The notes under the pieces are model-generated. The model saw only the letters and a program-made list of their open reading frames with translations, had not been told where the DNA came from and did not search any database. Below are positions 50,634-63,914 of a stretch of DNA of 64,000 nt, piece by piece. Position 1 is the first letter of the stretch. Every line of letters starts with the position of its first letter. This DNA is from Pseudovirgaria hyperparasitica (lineage: Eukaryota), in NCBI GenBank assembly GCA_010093815.1, contig ML996576.1; one strand, written 5' to 3'. Position numbers and translations under genes: made by a program.

Positions 50634-51983
50634 ATGGCCGACCTCGACACCCACCCAGCACCCTCACCACCACCACAAGCCCCCACCATCATCCCCCAAT
50701 CCACGACCTCGCCTCTTCCCTCCGCCGTCGAAACCTCCTCAACCGCCCTCACAACCACCAACACAGCCGACAAAAAGATAATCAAAAAGATAATCAAAAA
50801 GAAACGCCGCCCAGCCAGACCCCAAGTCGACGCCACAACCTTCAAATCCGAGCCCCCACCGCAAACCGGCACCATCTTCAACGTCTGGTACAACAAATGG
50901 TCCGGCGGCGACCGCGAAGACAAATACCTCTCCAAAACCGCCGCGCCCTCGCGCTGCTCCGTCGCCCGCGACAGTGGGTACACCCGCGCCGACAAGATCC
51001 CCGGCAGCTACTTCTGCCTCTTCTTCGCGCGCGGCTTGTGCCCGCGCGGCCACGAGTGCGAGTATCTGCACCGCCTGCCGACGGTGACGGACGTGTACAA
51101 TCCGAACGTGGACTGCTTCGGCCGCGACAAGTTTGCGGATTACAGGGATGATATGGGCGGGGTGGGCTCGTTTATGCGGATGAATCGCACGCTGTATGTC
51201 GGCAGGATCCACGTCACGGATGATATCGAGGAGGTTGTCGCGCGGCATTTTCAGGAGTGGGGGCAGATTGACCGGAGTGAGTCGTCTTGTTGTTGTCTTT
51301 GCATAATATCTACCCCTACACACCCCTTCTTCTCATCAAACCCCCCGCTGCGCAAAATTCACTAACAAACTACCAAAAAAACAGTCCGCGTCCTCACCGC
51401 CCGCGGCGTCGGCTTCGTAACCTACACCAACGAGGCCAACGGCCAGTTCGCAAAGGAGGCCATGGCCCACCAATCCCTCGACCACAACGAGATCCTCAAC
51501 GTCCGCTGGGCCACGCTCGATCCCAACCCCGCCGCCCAGAAGCGCGAGGCCCACCGCATCGAGGAGCAGGCTGCCGAGGCGATTCGCCGTGCGCTGCCGG
51601 CGGAGTTTGTGGCGGAGTTGGAGGGCCGCGATGTGGGCGAGGTGAAGAGGCGGAGGCTGGAGGAGAGGAGTGGGGGGGTGAAGAGGATTGAGGGGGTGGG
51701 GTTGGGGATGGGGATGGAGGTGGATTTGGAGGGTGGGCAGCGGAGGGAGTTGGAGATGGAGGTGGAGGTGGAGCAGGAGGTTGAGAGGCCGCAGTTGATG
51801 CTCGAGCAGGCGCCGAATGGGAATGGTAACGGTGGTGCCGGAGCAGGCATAATATCAAGCAGCACCCTGGCGGCGCTAAAGGGGTACCAGATCGGCTCAG
51901 GCAGGAAGAGCGCTACTGCTGCTGCGACGGCATCGTCGACAGGTGGTCCGCTGGTAGCGTACGGCAGCGATTCAGACGATTAA
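50634..51983 (+). CDS. CWC2: Pre-mRNA splicing factor Cwc2
   Basis: RPARPQVD, FNVWYNKWSGGD, CCCH finger FCLFFARGLCPRGHECEYLH, DCFGRDKF, RRM and AKEAMAHQSL. Intron 51277-51384. Confidence 0.95.
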
Positions 51984-52169
51984 AACTCACTCAATGCCTG
52001 GATAGGAAGAGAGGAGCAGGAGAAGGAGGTAGAGGAGGATGTTCTTGTAATAATATATACCCACAATGGCATGGCATGGCATGGCATGGCGTCCACCACC
52101 ACCCAGCCAAACCAATCAACGAAACCAGTCAGTCAGTCAGTCAGTCAGCCAGTCAGTCCGTCAGTCAGT

Positions 52170-53210
52170 CTACCGCCTCGACGTCCCGCCAAACCCCGTA
52201 CTCTGATATCTCGTCGATGAATGCGCACTTCCACTTCCACTGCCACTACTCCCACTCCCACTTCCATATCCACTCCCACTCCCACTCCCACTTCCACTTC
52301 CATATCCACCACTTCCATATCCGTTATTATAACTACTCCCCTCTCCGTTATCATTCCACGGACTATTCCCACTCCCGCCCCGCCGACTACTGCTACTCCC
52401 CCTCGCGTTACCAACCGCGTACCCCGCCGCCGCACCACCCAGAGCCCCGGTCCAGAACCCCGGTTTCCAGCCGCTGTTACTATTACTGCCGCCGTTGTTT
52501 CCATTCTTCGCATTCCAGCGAGGCGGTTGAGGAGGGGAGGATGTATACGGCGGCGGCGGGGGATCGTCGTTATCATCTCCATCTCCGCCACCACCACCAC
52601 CGTAGCCATTATAGTCCGGTAGAGGCGCACCACCAAGCCGCTGTCCCTCCCCCCAATTCACGCAAGCGCTATACACCATCCAAACCAGCACCCCAACAAA
52701 CAAAACCCAGAACAAGACCACAAACGCACCTCCCCCTCCTTCTCCTCCCTGCCCAGCCCTATCCTCACCACCACCCTTTCCATCCTTCCCACCACCATTC
52801 CCATACCTCTCCTCCCCCTTCTCCGTAAGCAAAAGCCGATACCCAACCGCACAGCTCCCCCTCAACACATTCTCATCCTCCGGCCCCTCGAATCCCTCAC
52901 ACGTCACCTCGGTACTACCCAGTTTGAACTCTGGCGGGAGTGAGGCGGTGCAGGTCCATTGGATGTCTGTGGCGTCGTCGTATGCGGTGCCGGAGTTTGT
53001 GCAGCGGAGGGTGTCGATGGTGTAGAGGTGCTGGGCGCTGCCGCCGGTGCAGGTGAGTTGGGGGATGGGTGGGAGGCGGCGGTGGGTGGTGAGGCGGTCG
53101 GCGTGGAGGGTGAGGGTTTTGATTTTGGAGAGGGGGGTTGAGGGGGGGTTTGGGGTGGTGTGGGCGGTTTGGGGGAGGAGGGCGAGGAGGAGAGGGGTGA
53201 GGGGGTGCAT
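52170..53210 (-). CDS. SARAF: Store-operated calcium entry-associated regulatory factor (SARAF/TMEM66/DUF1183)
   Basis: TLTL...TTHRRLPPIPQLTC, CTNSG, QWTCTASLP.EFKLGSTEVTCEG, LRGSC.VGY.L, TM helix, PPPPY, PGFWTG and STGFGGTSRR*. Confidence 0.93.
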   Translation of the reverse strand: MHPLTPLLLALLPQTAHTTPNPPSTPLSKIKTLTLHADRLTTHRRLPPIPQLTCTGGSAQHLYTIDTLRCTNSGTAYDDATDIQWTCTASLPPEFKLGSTEVTCEGFEGPEDENVLRGSCAVGYRLLLTEKGEERYGNGGGKDGKGGGEDRAGQGGEGGGGAFVVLFWVLFVGVLVWMVYSACVNWGEGQRLGGAPLPDYNGYGGGGGGDGDDNDDPPPPPYTSSPPQPPRWNAKNGNNGGSNSNSGWKPGFWTGALGGAAAGYAVGNARGSSSSRRGGSGNSPWNDNGEGSSYNNGYGSGGYGSGSGSGSGSGYGSGSGSSGSGSGSAHSSTRYQSTGFGGTSRR

Positions 53211-53274
53211 TCTTGGGGGTGGTTGGTTGTGGTGGTGATGGTTCGAGGTGGAGGTGTAGTAGGAGTTCGAAGTG

Positions 53275-53530
53275 TAGTAGTAGTTCGCGTTGAAGTGTAG
53301 TCGTAGCTCAAGTATAGTCGTAGTCGAGGTTGAGGTTCAGGTGTAGATCGTAGTTCGAGCTCAAGGTATAGTCGTAGTCGTAGTCGACGTCAAGTATAGC
53401 CGTAGCTCAAGGTGTAGTAGTCGTAGTCGTAGTCGTAGTCGTAGGTCGTAGCCCGAGAAGAGGTATAGTCGTAGCTCAAGATATAGCCGTAACTCAAGGT
53501 GTCGTTCGATCTCAAGCTATAGTCGTAGCA
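53275..53530. repeat. Degenerate minisatellite (GTATAGTCGTAGCTCAAG-like unit with TAGTCG sub-repeats)
   Basis: About ten imperfect copies immediately upstream of SARAF. Confidence 0.8.
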
Positions 53531-54041
53531 CCTACTTCAAGCCCAAGCCCAAGCACGAAACAAACCGCAAACAAGAGCCACAAGACGTCTCAAAGACTCA
53601 AACCAAAGAAGCGCCAAAAGACACAGTGACCCTCCTCTCCAGTCAACGCGAGAGATGAGAGTGGGAGCAGCGACACAGGGAAATACTGTGTATGTATGAA
53701 AGTTGGACCAGGGAAAGAGAAGTGTGAATGGCAGCAGACTCCAGGCTCCAGGCTTAAAGAAGATGCACAGCACAACGTACGTCATTTCCAAGGCTGTGGC
53801 GCAGATACTGCCTTGGGGCATGCCATGTGGCGTCGTAGCTGTGGCCTTATCTTATTGCCTTGGAGCCTTATTGCCTTGTTGCCCTGTTGCCATGTAGTCT
53901 TGCTGCCTTGTAGCCTTGTAGTCTTGTAGCCTTGTAGCCTCAGGCAGATACTCCATCACGAATAGTGGTCCCACGATGAGAGTGCATCTCCAGTATATCT
54001 GCTCGATCGATGACCGTGGCAGATGGTAAACATGGTTCGGT

Positions 54042-54142
54042 CATCCACATCCGCATCCACATCCACATCCACATCCACATCCACATCCACATCCACATCC
54101 ACATCCACATCCACATCCACATCCACATCCACATCCACGTCC
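54042..54142. repeat. (ATCCAC)n microsatellite
   Basis: Near-perfect hexamer run of ~100 bp. It generates the spurious HI/ST/DV/WM repeat ORFs in the track. Confidence 0.95.
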
Positions 54143-55096
54143 ACGTGCACAACATACCCACGACGCACCGCACCCACGACTACAACACCAGCAGTCCACA
54201 ATACATACATACAAACTACTCAGACGAATCACACTATCATCATCACCATCATCATCATCATACTCATAGAATAATTCTTCATCATCGTTCTCATCTCTCA
54301 AACTATCCTCTGCGCACAAAGCTCATCATTATACAGTACATAACGATCTCTGCCTTCCCGGCTTCCCCCCCCCCCCAGAGTATCCCTCCTCCGGGGCTTC
54401 ATGGAAGGGCGTAATTCCCCGGTGGGTATGCTATATTTGCTTGCCCCTGCATCCTCATCACCATCCTCACCATCATCCTCACCATCGTCGTCAAAGGAGA
54501 ATTATCCCGTTTCATAGCCTGCGTCTACTCCGTGCATGCAGTCCGTCGTGCCTCAGGTGCTTAAATCGCTTTCATTTTCACTTTCACATTTCATTCTCAA
54601 GCCATGATTTTACCAAGTGGGCAGTACAACTTGCTCTCAAGCAAAATTGTTGAGAGCCTTCGCTCAATGACTCCTTTCACAGCCGACAGCCAGGAATGCA
54701 AGACAATGACATTCTGCCTCCAGACGCACCCAGGGTCTAGAGGTCTAGAGCCTGCTCGTCCGCCGGAGACTTGTCGTCGATTGCCGGGATAATTTGGTTG
54801 GGGGGGTATATATGCATATATATGTCAAGACTGAAAAAAAAAGGGAAACGGAATGGCGCCTTTTTTCCGTTGGGGGTTTGGTTTGGGTTAGATTAGGTTA
54901 GGTTGGCCTCATGGATGGATGGATGGATGGGGTCGTCGTCGTTGTCGTCGGGTGTTTAATTCTAATACTTGTTTTGTGTGTTTTGATTCGTCAAGTCATC
55001 ATGGGGGATCAAATCCGGTGCATTGGCAGCATGCATGCACAACGTGTGTGTATGTGTGTGTGTGTGTGCGGCGCCTCGGAGGATTTTCCCTTGCAC

Positions 55097-55637
55097 TTAT
55101 CCAGAAACACTAGATCGCTCTTGGCGACGCTCATAGGCGACGGCGCTATTGTCGTAGCCGCAGTACTTTTCAAAGTCGGGAAAGCTGATGTAGCCGTCTG
55201 CAAAAGACAATGTCAGTCACCCAACGACAACAACAGCTCAAGATATATAGGAGAGAGACAAAGTGGGTGCAAGTACCTTGACGCGGGTGCGAAGAATACG
55301 ATCGCTGGAGCTGGGCATGTTGCTGGTGAAGTTGCTGCCACTGGTCGGCCGAGTAGGCACGAGTAACTACCGGTTGACGCTCTCCGGCGGCCGTGGAGGC
55401 TACCGGACTGCTGGGCGGTGACGGCCGGGGGCGGTAGGTAGGGTGTTGAGCAACCTTTGCGAGAAGGGCCTCTGCCCTCGTGGGACTGCCGAGCTCGTGT
55501 CTCGTCGCAGAGGGCGTGTGGGCGCTGACTGATGGCGGTGTGATGGTCGAGGGAGTGAGCGGTGTGCGGCGAGAGCTAGACTTGATGGCGTGGGAGGGTT
55601 GAGGAGGAGGCATGGCGATGCGAAAGTTGGCGGCCAT
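55097..55637 (-). CDS. Small two-exon uncharacterised protein ending in a DGYISFPDFE motif
   Basis: ACCATGG start at 55637. Intron 55198-55276 (GTACTT...ACTGAC...GCAG) joins to DGYISFPDFEKYCGYD...SVSG*. Confidence 0.65.
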
Positions 55638-58134
55638 GGTTCAGATATCACGTCCTGGGTGAGAGGATGGTGGATGATGAGGATGATATAAAGGTCAGAG
55701 ACAGTGCTGGAACAGAGTATGGTGGTAGTCCGAGAGAGAGAGAGAAAGACCTTTAAATGGCGGTTGATGACGGAGAATTTGGCGAATTGTTGACGCAGGG
55801 ATCCAAGTTTCCAGGTGAGAGACAGAGAGAGGCAGCAGACGCAGGTTCGTAGATGCAGCGGAGAAAAGGGAAGCAGTATTAGTGACACGGGAAGGTAGAG
55901 GGCGGCAGGCCAGGTATATGAAACTTGGGACAGTCGGATTGCGGAGAAGAAGAAACAAAGTGATTGATGGAGTGATGATTAGTGTAGTGGTCAGAGGAGG
56001 AGGAGGAGGAGGAGTGGAAAGTAGAGTAATTAGCGGTCGAGTCGGAGGGGGGCTTTGTTGTCAACAGCTCATACGCAGGCCAGCAAACTCGCTTCTGCGA
56101 GGTGAGGTGTTTCTAGAGGGAGGTCGGACAGGAGTGGTAGAAGAAGAAGCAGGACTAATTAGGGCGGCTTACAGGGCGGGGTTGACAGGAAATGCAGTGT
56201 TCAATTGGAATGCTGCAAGTCTGGCGTCAGCGGCATATTATAGTGTTGGCAGCCTTGTAGCAAGAGGCGTGGGTGGACGATGATGATGATGAGGAGGAGG
56301 AGGAGGAGGATGCCGATGATGATGCTGATGATGCTGATGAGGATGCTAATGATGATGGGAGCAGAGAGACGCCTCTTTTGGTCGCGGGCGAAAGTATAAA
56401 GTATAAACGGCTACTAATTACCTACTAGATACTATTACCTACTGCCTACTACCTACTATACACTATTACAGTTACAGTGGAATGACTACTACTACCTACC
56501 CATCGAGCCAACAGGCCAGTCAGTCAGCCCTTTACCGCCCTTGATTAATGGATTAGGTTGGTTTGGGGGGCGGGGGTAAAGGCAGAATTGTTCGGTTCGC
56601 GGCGTCACGTTCCGCAAAGCTTCTTTAGGCGCGGCGGCGTAGTTGAGAGAGCAGTACTCGTTCTGGACTGTTTGTGGTGCCTGGAAGTTTGTGATGTTGG
56701 AAGTGTCTTGACTCGTGCGGTCCACAGCCTAATTACTAGCTGGGATGAGGGGAGTTGTCAGAAGGGAGTAATAGTAGTAGGTGGACACTGGGGGCACGAG
56801 GTGGGCCAAAGTCGATGTGCAAGTCATCAGTCGGGACGGGAATGGAGATCAGGATTGGTGATGGACGATTAGACAAATGCCACGACCGAACTGAAATCCA
56901 GTATCGATCATCACCACAACACTCACCCTGTTGTTTAATTAATTACTTGCAGTAGCAGCAGCAGCAGCAGCACAAATCGGTGGTTCATTGGGGGGGGGGC
57001 AGATGTGATGATGATGGACGGGGAATGGCTGGCTTGGAGCGAATGGATCGTCGCCCGATAGCTAACAGGCATCAGGCATCAGCATCAGGCAGGTAGATTA
57101 CGGTAACACGCCCGGTATTCCATCCATATAACGCCTAATTACCTGACTAATGCCGTATCCCTAAATGCAGCAGTCTGCCACACGCCGCAGCACAGCTCGT
57201 TTTATTCGATAAGTAATTAAACATCCTTGGTAAGGTTAAGTTTGGCCTGAGGACCTGACTCACCCACTCACTCACTCACTCATGAACGCCGGCGGCACAC
57301 CTTTATCCCCAAAACCTTGAACCTTCACTCAACAACCCCAACATCTGCATCCTCATCCTCCTCATCATTCAGGCCGTCGATAACAACTTTGCCTTTTCTT
57401 TTCCCCCCCTTGCCGCGCAATACCGGCCATCCAGTCAGGACCCCTGCCTACCCGACCCCGTCTGACAAAGCGCTCTCTTCACACACATAATGTACACGTA
57501 CGTATCCATACGCCTCTAATAGTTAGTCCAGGCAGGTAGTCAGTCAGTCGGTCCGCCAGCTGTTGAGTGTCGGGTCACACGAGCTTGCTGCCTTGCTCTT
57601 GCCTCTTCGCAGACAAAATGGCCATTGTTGCATTCACAGTGATTGCCCCATATAGTATATTATGATTAGTGTGCGGGTTGGGCCAACATACTACACACAC
57701 ACATACACACACACACATACACACATACATACACACATACATACACACATACATACACACTATACAGTATACGGTATGTGTACACTAGCCGCGTCACCTG
57801 AGAGTTGCCTGCTGCTTGCTGCTGTTATTCTTTGTACTATGCCATGCCATGCCATGCCATGCATATACTCCTCTCCAATCACGCCCTCACCACTCACCAC
57901 TGCTGCTGCTGCACCGACTGGTCCGTCATGCGAGACCGGAGTCTGACAAGGACAAGAGCCGCTTTCTGCCTCGCATACTAATTACCCAGTACCCCAGTGC
58001 CGCATTGCCATAGTATACCCGCTGGCGAGGCAATTCATCCACCCATCCGTCCATCCATCATCCGTCCATCCATGTATCACCACTGCAACATCCTGCCACC
58101 CTAGTTACACGTCCATTGCACACACACACTCAAC

Positions 58135-60107
58135 TCAGTGCTACACATCTGTCAGCCTCGTCATTGTACGCTCATGTCGCCGCCCAAGCTCTGCCGGCCT
58201 GCCAAATACTTACATCCACATCCTCCCAGCCACGGCCCTTGACCTTTGAGAGCTCCTCCATGCTCATCACCTTGCCTGTCGTGACTAAAACACAGCTCGT
58301 CAACACCACTGCCACCTTCAATAAACTCAAGTTGCGTAGTTAGAACTCACAGTAGCCCGCGTGGATCTTGGCGTCAATCTCCACTCGACTGTCTTCCGGA
58401 ATCATCTCGTCCGGAATAGGCACTCGCTCGTGAATCGGAATCCCCTGCTCGACGATCGCGTCATGCTTCATGCTACAAACGGCTACGTCAGTTGTTCGTT
58501 CTCTGTATCACCACTCTGCCCGCCATCCCCCGCGTCATACGTACTTTGACATACTCAGCATACGGTCAATCTTTGTGATGCCGAGCCAGTGTAGGATCTG
58601 TGTGACCGTCAGTCCCCCCCAACCCGCTGCCATCCGCCATTTTGTTGCTTACATCGGGCATGAGCGCTTGGAAGCGCATGTCCTTTACGCCGGCAATGTT
58701 CTCTGTCCTCTGGAAGTATTCCGATGCCTTGTCTGTCCCACGCTTGCGCGCGTTGTACACCAGGTATTTCGTCACCTCGCCCAGCGCTCTTCCTTCCTTT
58801 CTAAAGTATATCACTACCCCGCTGCCGCCCTTCTGTGCCTCCTTGACTGCTTCCTCCACGCCGAAGATCAGGTATGGCCGACAGGTGCAGATGTCGGACC
58901 CAAAGACGTCGCTACCATTACATTCGTCGTGAACGCGCAGTGCGAGTCTGACGCTTGCGTCTGCCATCTTGGCCGGATCGCCAAAGCAGTACACCGTCAA
59001 GCCTCCAATCGGTGGCAGGAAGAGCTTGATGTCGCTACGCGTGATGAGCTCGGGATAGGAGCCTCCAGTCTCTTCAAAAAGATGTCGTCGCAGCGTGCCC
59101 TCGTCTACCTCACAGTCAGCACTTCCGACCTCCGTCACAACCACAAGACAATCTATTACCTATGCCAAACCTCTCTGCCACGCCGGGAAGATACCATACT
59201 GGTTCCACGGCAAACTTGGTGACATTGAGCTCCCCAGTCTCGTTCAGACAGATCTTGCCGTCGGGCACAAGCCGTCCTGCTTTGACGCTATGCTCCAACT
59301 CGGGCAGCTTCATGTGTGCTTTCGTGACTGCAATCGTCGGACGGATCTCGACGCCATCGTTGTTGATGGCATCTTTGTAGAGCCACGGCGCGAGGTGACC
59401 GAGTGGGTCCATCGACACAATCTTCTTCGGGTCGCTCCATTGCGGGAACGGCCCAATATCTGCGGCTGGCTCGGTATTCGTAAAGTCCGGCTTGTGGTCG
59501 ACATCGAGATTCTTGCTGGCAACGGCGAGGGCATGGTAGATGGAGTAAGACCCACCGTGTGCACCAATCGCTTTGCTTTGAGGTTAGCAATGTACATGAC
59601 ACTAACCGGGAACGGACACTTACCATTGCGACGCTTGATAGTGTTCTGGTGCCTTGAAACGACTACAGGTCCTCTGACGTTTGGGTCTTTGTGACCCCAG
59701 TTCATTGGGAAGGGGTCAACGCCCGACTGTCCAGGGTGAGTGGTCAAGATGATCTTGGACGAGAAGCTTGTTCGTCGAAGGCTGTCAGTATCTGGCACTG
59801 CTGGCGAGGCTTCATTGCGATCTGCAGCAGCCGTTGAGGCTGGGCCCTTGGAGGCATCTCCCTTCTGGTCCGCCGCCACGGCAGCAGACGCACCATTGCT
59901 TGGTTTGGCAGCGGGCAGAGCGGAGTCATGGACTTGCTTGACGCCCGCGAGTATGTTCACACGACCATTTATAGCATCTATGGAACTTGCCAGATTCGCA
60001 TTGTCTTGTTGCAATGTCTTCAGGCTGGTCAGGACTTCAGCGAGCAGGCCTGCTACGTCTTGGGATGCTGCTGGTGCTGGTGGTGGGGGTGGATTGGGAG
60101 CTGTCAT
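58135..60107 (-). CDS. URG1: Uracil-regulated protein 1 / GTP cyclohydrolase II-like (URC1 family)
   Basis: IILTTHPGQSG, RGPVVVSR, AIGAHGGSY, DIRPTIAVTKAH-like segment, VEPVWYLPGVAERFG, RVHDECNGSDVFGSDICTCRPYL, YFRKEGRALGEVTKYLVYN and terminal GRGWEDVD|H*. Several introns. Confidence 0.92.
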
Positions 60108-60458
60108 GGCGAACAACGAATGAACGATGATGATGATGATGAAAGCAATTTGGAGGTGCGATGGATGGAAACGGGGAGGCTGGATAGTGCAGAAAGGAGA
60201 GCAGCAGGTAGGTATGGTAACGCAGTAGTTGTCTGCGTCTTTTCGGGAGATACACAACAGCCCTGTGTGTATCACTTTTGGGGGTGGGGATAGGCTCTCG
60301 ACGTAATCAACTGGCTTAGTCCCTCTGCAAAACAAAGCGTCCGTTTCTCGATGGAATTACTTTCTGTGTGTCTGTGTGTGTGTAGAGTTTAAGATGGGAG
60401 GACCTCGAGCTACCCCTAACCTGTCAGACTTTGATTGAGGCTGCCAAGTGAATCTCTC

Positions 60459-60520
60459 TGAAGAAGAAGAAGAAGAAGAAGAAGAAGAGAAGAAAAGAAG
60501 GAGAAGAAGAAGGAGAAAGG
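60459..60520. repeat. (GAA)n purine tract
   Basis: Visible trinucleotide run between URG1 and ELF1. Confidence 0.9.
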
Positions 60521-61085
60521 AACAAGAAACAAGACCGAGGAGCCGCATTGCCCTTTATCTGAAATGGGATCCGGATGGGTATGCCACCTCAGCTGGTCAA
60601 AGCGCACCACCACCAACTGCAGGCCGCCCCTCGTGATTGCCCCCGGGTCGGGCGATTGCGCCTGAGTCTTGTTCACCGTCATTCACTGTCTGCCAGCCAG
60701 CCAGCCAGCCGTCGTTTGCCCCAGACATGCCGTCGGAGGATTGGGGGTGGTTTGATATTGGGGAAGGCGGCGGTAGGCAAGCTTGGAGATGGATGTATTC
60801 GACTGCAATCAACACAGTCATGTCTAGTATCTAAATCATCATATTTAAACACACGCTGTAAACATTGCTGTTTGTTGTCCGTCTACAGCGGTAACCTCCG
60901 ACTCCGACGATAAGCACGATAACGATCCATAGGCCCCCCAGTCCCAGAGGAGAAGCACGAAGCGTGCTACATACTACGCGTAGAGCTCCTCATCCATCGC
61001 CTCAATCCATCTCTATCCACATCCATACACATCACCACTAACCAACCAACCGCACCACCAAACACCCTCCCATCTCCATCCCACA

Positions 61086-61926
61086 ATGGTACGTTTCCCC
61101 CCCCTTTCCAAAACACACACTGCTACAAATCACAAACACTCACTCACTCACCCACCACCCCACAGGGCAAACGCAAAAAGTCCTCCCGCGGCCCCGTCGG
61201 GCCCAAAAAGGTACGCGCCTCTGCCCACCACCCCAAACAAATCCACCATCCTAGACTCGCGCGACGCCGACGACGACGACGACGACGACGACGAGAAGAA
61301 CAAAACAAAGCTAAGAAACAAGGACCAACACAGCGCGAAGCCCTCGCCACAACATTCCAATGCCTCTTCTGCAACCACGAAAAGTCGGTGACGGTGAAGC
61401 TGGAGCGCAAGCTGGGCGTCGGCCAGCTGCTGTGCAAGGTGTGCGGGCAGACGTTTCAGACGAATATTAATTGTTAGTCGATGTCTATCTATCTATCTGT
61501 CGGGTTGAGTTCAGTTCAATTCGGTTCAGTTCAATTCGGTTCAGTTCAGTTCAGTTCAATTCGGTTCAGAGTTCAGTTTGTTTTCTGGCCTTTGCCCAGC
61601 CTGTCGCCTTTTTCTTTCGTATACGGATACTAACGTTTTACTGCGCTTCCTTGCCAGATCTGTCTGCCGCCGTCGATGTGTATGCCGACTGGGTGGACGC
61701 GTGCGACGCCGTGGCAAAGGAGAATGCGGATGCGACGAGCAAGGATGGGCCTTTGGCGCTGGGTCGGCAGGGTGGGTTGCTGTCGCGACAGGGTGGTGGT
61801 GGTGGTGGTGGTGGTGGTGCTGCTGCTGCTGCCGGTGGTGGTGGAGCGACGGCTCGGGATGATGGGGATGGGTTTATAGTGGATGATGAGATGGATGCTG
61901 AGGGGGACTTTGGGGATGAGGAGTGA
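61086..61926 (+). CDS. ELF1: Transcription elongation factor Elf1
   Basis: ATG-only first coding exon, GKRKKSSR, zinc ribbon [12 protein letters not shown]...[10 protein letters not shown], and [17 protein letters not shown]. Three introns. Poly-Gly tail from a (GGT)n run. Confidence 0.93.
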
Positions 61927-62163
61927 GGAAGAGGCATATCAGGGGACTTGCGCAAAATGTATGAACCCAGTTTGGGGGTGTTTGTTGTGGGTTTGTCGTC
62001 GGGCTAGAATGGCGTTTGTGAAGATGGTTCATGGATGGGCTTATGGTATTGGGCAAAAATGAAACAATCGTTGATGTGGAGAGGAGGAGGAGGGGCGGGT
62101 ATGGTATGGTATGGTATTGTATTGTATGGTATCATTTGGCACGATACGATACGCCATCTCCCG

Positions 62164-63124
<961 letters not shown>

Positions 63125-63914
63125 GGTGGGGGTTTTGGGACTGTTTTGTAATTCAGATGAGAGGGGCTTGTCACGGCAGCAAAGAAGAGTGGTGAATGAA
63201 CGTTCGGGAGAGCGCCACGTGGGAGACGATTCAGAAGACGGGTGAGGGCAACACTGTGTTGATATATACACAATAGTATCGTGAACGGAGCTCGCCGTGG
63301 TGGTGGAAGGTCTCTGTATGGAAGCTCGCACGCGACAGAGCGCTGTGCGGCGCAAGCATCCACAATGTGAGACCAATGAGAGTGGATGAATTGTGTGGAA
63401 GTCGGTACCTTATTTGGCAGGCGGTGAATGTCTCCAGATGAAGTTGAGCGGCAGAATCGATTAGACCAATAGGACACCGACGTCACTGCAGGGACCAGCA
63501 GACCCTTCTCCTGTCGTCACTAACTACCTCTATTATTGCCTGTGCCACAAACTCACAAGCCACACTTGCTCGGCTTGTTTTCAATATACTGATCCGTCCG
63601 TCATTGTCGCATTGACTTTCTTTAGCAACTCAAACTTCACTTCACTTCCTCTCTTCATATAACTACCCCGAATCCTGCACACTACTATCACCCGGACACA
63701 CTCTCTCCCACTTGACATATCTGCAAACAATTCTCACCCTCTCAACGCCCTTCCAGCATAATCTGCGCTTTCTCCACCCCCCCCGCCTCAGTCCGCACAC
63801 CGCATCCCGACGCGCCACGTCCACGTCCACAAACCGACTCAACAGCAGAAGAACAAATGTCGCCGACAGACAATCCCGGGACAATCACACTATAAAGAGT
63901 CTCCCTGAACTCAT

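Noticed and set aside
53275..53530. CRISPR-like array
   Set aside because: Repeats are degenerate with no unique spacers, there are no cas genes, and the context is eukaryotic.
53940..54420. HI/ST/DV/WM/GC repeat ORFs
   Set aside because: They are translations of the (ATCCAC)n tract in six frames.
60108..60335. N-terminal extension of URG1 in the ORF track (likewise the extensions of NmrA, MDR1 and the 26351 gene)
   Set aside because: They begin at non-ATG codons, and the extra sequence is UTR-like low complexity.
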